Source: Chloroflexota bacterium
GTDB taxonomy: Bacteria > Chloroflexota > Dehalococcoidia > Lucifugimonadales > UBA3495
Reading direction: 5' to 3'
Assembly (NCBI GenBank): GCA_027623675.1
Contig: JAQBVF010000008.1
Coordinates: 1-64,000, forward strand
Length of the DNA: 64,000 nt
Under the pieces are notes generated by a model. The model had not been told where the DNA came from, did no database searches, and saw only the letters and a list, made by a program, of their open reading frames with translations. Positions 59,632 to 64,000 of this stretch are shown here, piece after piece. The translations under genes and the position numbers were made by a program. Position 1 is the first letter of the stretch. Each line of letters opens with the position of its first letter.

Positions 59632-59981
59632 AGGCTCGCACCTACTATAATTCAAGCAGGGTGATAAACCAAGGAGTCCAAGCGATCCCGCAGGCACGAT
59701 ACGCACCTGCCGCAGTGGGAATCTTCAGGAATCTTCCGGGGCGCCCCACTCGCCCTAATGGGGACTCACGCCGGTTGACCTTGGTGTATGCGCCGATTAA
59801 ACTGAGGCGGATGCAGGCCGAATCCCAGGTTCTGTCAGTAGACGGTTTCAAACTAGGGTTTCGATCCCAGGTTCACCGGACCCAGGACCAACTGGCCCAG
59901 GCTCAGATGAACCCCCAACCAGCTAACCGCATCTAAGATATTGCGCGGTAAAAAAGCGTAAGAGATTCCGGAGGATGGAAC

Positions 59982-60311
59982 ATGGCAGAGCCTATCGAAG
60001 TAAATGACGACACTTGGCAAAAACTGGTATTGGAATCGGACACACCGGTAATGGTGGACTTTTGGGCCGAATGGTGTGGACCGTGCAAGATGATCGCCCC
60101 CGCCGTGCACGACATGGCCGTGGACTATGAAGGTCAGTTGAAGGTGGCCAAGCTGGACGTGGACAGCAGTCCCAACGTTGCCATGCAGTACGGCGTGCGC
60201 AGCATCCCGGCCTTGATCTTCTTCAAAGGCGGCCAGCCCGTCGACCAGATCATCGGCGCGGTGCCCAAGGGCGCGCTGAAGAAGAAGGTCGACTCCGTCC
60301 TAGCCAGCTAA
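59982..60311 (+). CDS. trxA: Thioredoxin
   Basis: DFWAEWCGPCK, SIP; SD GGAGG. Confidence 0.97.
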   Translation: MAEPIEVNDDTWQKLVLESDTPVMVDFWAEWCGPCKMIAPAVHDMAVDYEGQLKVAKLDVDSSPNVAMQYGVRSIPALIFFKGGQPVDQIIGAVPKGALKKKVDSVLAS

Positions 60312-60569
60312 ACCCCTCTGGTCTGCTGGCGGCTAGCGTTCATTGACGCTGGCCATGGGGACCGGCCCTGGCCGCTGGCCCAGGCAGGTTTTTGGGTTAG
60401 TTCCCAGGGGCCGATTTCCCGGTCAGTTGCCAGTGGGGTTTCCCGGAAAGCCGCCAGAAAAGTTAGCGACAAGTTGACAGGAACCAACCAGGCGCCGCCG
60501 CCCGGCGGCGCCTTTGATATTCTCCCGTGATATCTCCCCGGCGCCGGCAACGGTCAGACCGGCCAACTC

Positions 60570-60666
60570 GGGAGTGGATGGGGCCCGGTGGCCCCTGCGG
60601 ACTTCAAATCCGTTATGCCTCGTGACGAGCGGGGTAGGTGGGTTCGACTCCCTCGCACTCCCGCCA
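60570..60666 (+). tRNA. selC: tRNA-Sec (anticodon TCA)
   Basis: GGGAGTG/CACTCCC-GCCA acceptor, GGGGC/GCCCC D-stem, GCGGA-CT-TCA-AA-TCCGT, long variable arm, GGTTCGACTCC. Confidence 0.93.
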
Positions 60667-60817
60667 GCGTTTTTGGGCACGGATAAGTGGTTCACAAAAG
60701 ACTCCGGCTCTGGTGACAGGCCCGGGGTCTTTTGAATTTGGCCTAAATGTCGCTGGATTGTCCACAACCCTCTCTCTGGGACCAATTTCTCGGGCATGAA
60801 AAGACCCACCGGTCTGA

Positions 60818-61411
60818 TTAGAGGATAATCATTTCCGCGTCGCCCACTATCCAGGCATCGTTGGCTTCAGAGTCCTGGCGATACCAATGCCAGCGAACCT
60901 CGAAATTGAGGACATACCGTTTTCGACCCATTCCTAGCGGGTGAAGCAAGAACAGCACCAATTCCCGAGGTGTTGAATAACTTACATTAATCGTCAGCGC
61001 CCCAGACGGCATTGGATGGGGGACTTCGTGTATCGCCAGCATCACATTTCGGCTAGAAAAATGAGTAGAAAAATTCAAGGGGCTGCCGGCGAACAATCTG
61101 CCGAGGCCGAATTCTAAATCGGCGGAATGTCCCACACCGTATCGCAGATTGAATCTCACGTAGACATCTTCGGCATTGGCGTCAGCAGAAACATTCTGAA
61201 GTTCGTATCTAACGATCCAATTAGGAACATCTGATATTAATGCAGGGAAGTTTGGAATTTCCGCCAACCGTAAATCGGGAGCAATATCACGCAAATATCG
61301 TGCTCTTTGGACGGCGTAAGCGAACACCGCAGCAAATGCCAGAACTAGGCCCGACGACACGGTAAATAGCGCGACCAGCCAATCTAGCCAATCGCGGTCT
61401 GGTGTAGGCAT
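60818..61411 (-). CDS. Hypothetical protein with N-terminal TM helix, lower GC
   Basis: 197-aa ORF with SD AGGA; hydrophobic N-terminus then a beta-rich domain; atypical codon use. Confidence 0.7.
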   Translation of the reverse strand: MPTPDRDWLDWLVALFTVSSGLVLAFAAVFAYAVQRARYLRDIAPDLRLAEIPNFPALISDVPNWIVRYELQNVSADANAEDVYVRFNLRYGVGHSADLEFGLGRLFAGSPLNFSTHFSSRNVMLAIHEVPHPMPSGALTINVSYSTPRELVLFLLHPLGMGRKRYVLNFEVRWHWYRQDSEANDAWIVGDAEMIIL

Positions 61412-61660
61412 TTTCCTATCTTACCAGCCGATGGAGTATCAAAGGGTATCCATCAAATTCCAATACCGGCCCTTCATAGAGTCAAGGCTGGAGGCTTCGA
61501 CTTTACCTCTTCGAAGAATAACGGCACTGAGTTCTAGACGGCCAAACTTCAGAACTTGCGGAGCGCCCTTCCACCCACAACCGTGCTATCCTGTCGCGGG
61601 CATTTATGTAAGTCCGATATAATCCGCTGCACCATCCGTTTTCATTTAGGAGATACTGCC

Positions 61661-62404
61661 ATGCCGTCTTTTACCAAGGGAGATGTCACCATCCATTACG
61701 AGGAGGCCGGGTCCGGGTTCCCGCTGCTGGTCACCCCCGGCGGGGGATTGAACTCCGTGGCCAGCGGCTGGCCTCGCCAGGTGTTCAACGCGTTCGAGGA
61801 GTTATCGAGCGACTTCCGCTGCATCACCATGGACCAGCGCAACGCCGGCGGCGGGTCCACTGGGCCGGTCCAGGTCGAAGACCCTTGGGGGGCCTTCGCC
61901 GATGACCAATTGAGCCTGTTGGACCACCTGGGCGTGCGACAGTTCGGTTTCATTGGCTTCTGCATCGGCGGCCCCTTCGCTCTCAGGCTGATGAAGAACG
62001 CGCCCGATCGCATCATGTCCGCCGTGCTCTGCCAGCCCGTTGGCAGCAACGCTGAATTCCCCGATTCCATGTACGACTCAGGCCAGAACCAATGGGGACC
62101 AGGACTGATGGCGCAGCGGCCGGATATAACCAAAGAAACTATCGACGCGTATCTGCACAACCTCTACCGGGACCTTGAACCTGACTTCGTATACAGCGTG
62201 TCGCGCGACTTCGTCCGTTCCTGCCAAACGCCGATGCTGGTCATGCCCGACAACACGCCGTCGCACTCGTACGAGGTCGCGATCGAGGTGGCCGAGTTAG
62301 CGCCGAACGCCGAGGTGACGGTCTATCCCTGGAAGGAAGACCCGGATGTGTTGGCCGCTACCATCAACCAGGTGCGCGAGTTCTTTAAAGCCCACCAAAC
62401 CTAG
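61661..62404 (+). CDS. Alpha/beta hydrolase with Cys nucleophile elbow
   Basis: PGGG, MDQRNAG, GFCIGG; SD AGGAG. Confidence 0.88.
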   Translation: MPSFTKGDVTIHYEEAGSGFPLLVTPGGGLNSVASGWPRQVFNAFEELSSDFRCITMDQRNAGGGSTGPVQVEDPWGAFADDQLSLLDHLGVRQFGFIGFCIGGPFALRLMKNAPDRIMSAVLCQPVGSNAEFPDSMYDSGQNQWGPGLMAQRPDITKETIDAYLHNLYRDLEPDFVYSVSRDFVRSCQTPMLVMPDNTPSHSYEVAIEVAELAPNAEVTVYPWKEDPDVLAATINQVREFFKAHQT

Positions 62405-62451
62405 CCAAGGGCGCGGGTTCCATCAAGCCCGCCAAACCTAGAAAGAAGGGT

Positions 62452-62487
62452 AACCCGTTACCGAACCCGTTACCGGACCCGGGACCG
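62452..62487. repeat. 12-bp tandem repeat
   Basis: aacccgttaccg x2 plus degenerate gacccgggaccg. Confidence 0.75.
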
Positions 62488-62495
62488 AACCAACC

Positions 62496-62540
62496 AAAGG
62501 AACGTCGGCAGCCGCTAGGGGCCGCCGACGTTCCTTTTTT
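62496..62540 (+). terminator. Intrinsic terminator
   Basis: aaaggaacgtcggc..gccgacgttcctttttt. Confidence 0.85.
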
Positions 62541-62639
62541 CAGCCCGACCAGTACCGGCCCGTGGACCGATCGTCTGCCAGACGTGGTCGATTGCGGCTG
62601 AAACACCGCTGGAGCGATCCCGTTAGTGACCGCTCGCCA

Positions 62640-63482
62640 TCAGAAGCTCGGCTTGGTCGGGAACGGAGTCAATTGGATCTCGTGCGTCCAACAAGATCTG
62701 TCCTGGGTGTGCAGGTAATAGAACGCCTCGGCGATCTTAACGGGGTTCATCACCAGGTCGGGCTGCTGCTGCGCTTTCGGCAGCGCCCGCGTGCCCGGGG
62801 AGTCGATCGTGCCGTCGATGATTACGTTGGCCACGTGCACGCCGTGCTCGGAATATTCCTCGGTCAGCACCTGCGCCAACGTGCGCATCATCACCCTTGG
62901 GTAGTACAGCGACTGCCCGGTCTCCCGCTTCTTCCCGCGCAGGGATGACGGGTTATTCGAGATGAGGAAAGAACCTTCGCCACGCTTCCGCATGGCCGGC
63001 AGCACCTGCTTGGCGACCAGGAACGGCCCCCGGCTGGCGATGTGCTGGGCCGTTTCGAACATCTCCACCGGTATGTTTTCAAGCAATTCCATCTCTGGCG
63101 GAAGGTCGCGCCCCTCCAGGTAACCCGCGTTGTAGACCAATACGTTTGGGTCGCCGGCCTCATCCCGGACCCGGGCGAACGCGTTGGAGATGGAATCCTC
63201 CGAGACCAGGTCAAGCTCCACGATCATGCTCTCGCCGCCTTGCTCCCGGATCGCCGCCTCCAATGGCGCCGCGTTGGGGGCGTTGCGGGTAGTCAGCACC
63301 ACGAAGAATCCTTCCTGCGCAAACTTCTGGGCCACGGCGCCCCCGATGCCCCAGCGCACGCCGACGGGCAGGCCGCTGTCGTCGATGGCGCCGCCGTGGG
63401 CCAGTTTGGTGTTGCGGCCGTCCGCCTGCCATTTGGATGTCGCCCCCACCACGACGGCGACCGGTTTATCGTTCGAGTTCAT
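62640..63482 (-). CDS. Atypical SDR family oxidoreductase
   Basis: VVVGA..GIGGAVA, YNAG, GVHVANVIIDG; no canonical YxxxK. Confidence 0.85.
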   Translation of the reverse strand: MNSNDKPVAVVVGATSKWQADGRNTKLAHGGAIDDSGLPVGVRWGIGGAVAQKFAQEGFFVVLTTRNAPNAAPLEAAIREQGGESMIVELDLVSEDSISNAFARVRDEAGDPNVLVYNAGYLEGRDLPPEMELLENIPVEMFETAQHIASRGPFLVAKQVLPAMRKRGEGSFLISNNPSSLRGKKRETGQSLYYPRVMMRTLAQVLTEEYSEHGVHVANVIIDGTIDSPGTRALPKAQQQPDLVMNPVKIAEAFYYLHTQDRSCWTHEIQLTPFPTKPSF

Positions 63483-63532
63483 GCCGGGTTACCTCCTCTG
63501 CTGATGCGATTTCTCGCGTAGTGTAACGCGTT

Positions 63533-64000
63533 CTACCGGGGCGGCTCGTCCTTCAGGCCGAAGCCCGTGACCGGAACCAGCACCGTGCCGCCCGCTTGGA
63601 CCGCGCCCTGACCGCTGAGCAGCTCTAGTCCCGCGAACGCCGACGACGACGTTGGTTCGGCGAAGATGCCTTCCATCTCGGCCAGGTCTCGCTGAATCTT
63701 CAGGATGCTGGGCTCCTCGACCGCCACCGCGGACCCGCCGGTCCGGCGCAGGATATCCAGTATCTGCCATTGACGGGGCGGCGTCGCCACCGCGATGCCC
63801 CCGGCCACCGTTCTCGCGGCGGCGTTGGGTGTCCAGTCCTCTCCATTGTGGGCGGCCACCAAAGGCATGACGCTCCGGGACTGGACCACGTGGAGCCGGG
63901 GCATCTTCTCGATGAAACCTCCGGCTAACAACTCGCTGAAACCCTTGAATGCCCCATGAAGAGGGAGCCGTTCCCCACCGGGAAAACAACGTGGTCCGGC
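63533..64000 (-). CDS. thrC: Threonine synthase-like PLP enzyme, 3-prime part, with a -1 frameshift
   Basis: PVGNGSL, EGIFAEPTS, VTGFGLK; one base missing in the C-run at 63952-63955; runs off the window edge. Confidence 0.75.
   Translation of the reverse strand, partial: AGPRCFPGGERLPLHGAFKGFSELLAGGFIEKMPRLHVVQSRSVMPLVAAHNGEDWTPNAAARTVAGGIAVATPPRQWQILDILRRTGGSAVAVEEPSILKIQRDLAEMEGIFAEPTSSSAFAGLELLSGQGAVQAGGTVLVPVTGFGLKDEPPR

Noticed and set aside
59820..59920. TPP riboswitch-like words (CTGAG, GAACCTG) on the minus strand
   Set aside because: Missing UGAGA and the P5/GCG core; the downstream gene is unrelated to thiamine

Overview
64 kb of GC-rich bacterial chromosome with no phage, integrase, transposase, rRNA or CRISPR array that I can see. 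The gene mix suggests Chloroflexota, probably Dehalococcoidia/SAR202-like; this is inference only, from an auracyanin-like copper lipoprotein, an F420-type LLM oxidoreductase, three ThDP-enzyme paralogs, a CaiC-like ligase, DUF35 plus thiolase, MmgE/PrpD, MDMPI and ThyX. Core content includes lpdA-korA-korB-E2, tatA/tatB/tatC, trxA, udgB, thyX, an ECF sigma/anti-sigma pair, tRNA-Glu(CTC) and tRNA-Sec(TCA). Small foreign-looking inserts are a three-gene operon at 5039-6884 (TIGR04255-like protein, unknown protein, ART/RES-like small protein; my best candidate for an undescribed toxin/defence system), a solo SIR2-family gene with an internal TAA, an antitoxin with a dead ParE-like toxin, and an orphan gene after tRNA-Sec. 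Other unusual items are a 1208-aa CHAT-STAND-TPR protein lacking both caspase catalytic residues, a cyclase-like-TPR-LuxR regulator flanked by two DUF4242 genes, an RlmD-Maf fusion coupled to tatBC, and an E2 with two peripheral-subunit-binding domains beside a ferredoxin-type oxidoreductase with no E1. Two frameshifts lie in G4 runs and may be assembly errors. All family calls come from motifs recognised by eye; no searches were run.
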